Shown piece by piece: positions 63,753 to 64,000 of a stretch of 64,000 nucleotides of DNA. Under the pieces are notes generated by a model. The model searched no databases, was not told where the DNA came from, and worked only from the letters and a program-made list of their open reading frames with translations. Origin of the DNA: Alphaproteobacteria bacterium UBA2964 (GTDB taxonomy: Bacteria > Pseudomonadota > Alphaproteobacteria > MPNO01 > UBA2964). A program made the translations under genes and the position numbers. Numbering within the stretch: position 1 is the first letter of the stretch; every line of letters begins with the position of its first letter. The DNA is taken from NCBI GenBank assembly GCA_905182615.1, contig CAJJCG010000034.1, positions 1 to 64,000 on the forward strand, given 5' to 3'.

Positions 63753-64000
63753 TACGCACTCACCTTTTGGTCTGCATTCTTGCGGGCTGCTTTTTTCTTC
63801 TCTTCCATAATCTCCATCAACCGGTCCGGGGTGATTGGCAGTTCCGATACGCGAATATCCAAAGCGTCGGCGATAGCGTTGGTCAGCGCCGGCAGGAACC
63901 CGGCTAGCGATGCTTCGCCTGCTTCCTTGGCACCAAAAGGTCCGTGTGGATCAATCGATTCAACGATATGAGTTTCAATCGGCGGGCTCTCGATGATCGT
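63752..64000 (-). CDS. Xanthine dehydrogenase / aldehyde oxidase family molybdopterin-binding large subunit, C-terminal end (partial, continues beyond the window)
   Basis: Own translation: TIIESPPIETHIVESIDPHGPFGAKEAGEASLAGFLPALTNAIADALDIRVSELPITPDRLMEIM...-TAA. GAKG/E.GE is typical of the CoxL/XdhB C-terminus. It is absent from the track because no start lies in the window. Confidence 0.85.
   Translation of the reverse strand, partial: TIIESPPIETHIVESIDPHGPFGAKEAGEASLAGFLPALTNAIADALDIRVSELPITPDRLMEIMEEKKKAARKNADQKVSA

Noticed and set aside
1-64000. CRISPR arrays, transposases, integrases, prophage genes and known defence-system signatures.
   Set aside because: I found no regularly spaced repeat array and no ORF with transposase, integrase, nuclease-helicase or defence hallmarks. 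The only repeats seen are the 17-bp duplication, short operator-like repeats and the tandem paralog pairs.

Overview
This 64-kb window looks like an alphaproteobacterial chromosome. That guess rests on the conserved htpG / Suv3-like helicase / S4-Hsp15-like / TerB / fdxA / carD neighbourhood and on about 55% GC in spot counts. I could not run any database search, so every family call comes from reading the ORF translations and the DNA by eye.

I support about 58 intact CDSs, one intact tRNA-Arg(CCT), one truncated tRNA 5' half, one cobalamin riboswitch, three rho-independent terminators and seven gene remnants. I saw no transposase, integrase, phage gene or CRISPR array.

Layout:
- 0.2-15.4 kb: housekeeping and stress genes, plus a multiply disrupted adenylate cyclase and a thermonuclease with two in-frame TGA codons.
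- 16-24 kb: two signal-peptide-less Cys-type sulfatases flanking tRNA-Arg, a DMT exporter and a DctPQM TRAP transporter.
- 24.4-30.8 kb: a low-GC (about 42%) operon btuB-like receptor / BtuFCD-like ABC / tonB under a cobalamin riboswitch, next to cobC-like and cobT.
- 32.9-39.8 kb: a tight eight-gene minus-strand operon (small protein, Rieske oxygenase, cupin, alpha/beta hydrolase, IclR, SDR, ThDP enzyme, heme-oxygenase-like iron enzyme) that I cannot match to a known pathway.
- 40-47 kb: a mosaic of aromatic-type catabolic genes.
- 48.8-54.3 kb: a complete coenzyme F420 biosynthesis operon (fbiC-npdG-cofE-cofD-cofC).
- 54.35-58.6 kb: only 52 bp away and divergent, two paralogous opine-dehydrogenase-like genes followed by two paralogous Mer/Fgd-like luciferase-family oxidoreductases.
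- 59-64 kb: an MBL hydrolase, an amidohydrolase remnant, and an M24 / gentisate-dioxygenase-like / CoxM / CoxL(partial) cluster.

The best candidate for an undescribed system is the F420 biosynthesis operon paired with the ODH-ODH-LLM-LLM cassette. The second candidate is the IclR-containing Rieske / ThDP / HO-like operon.
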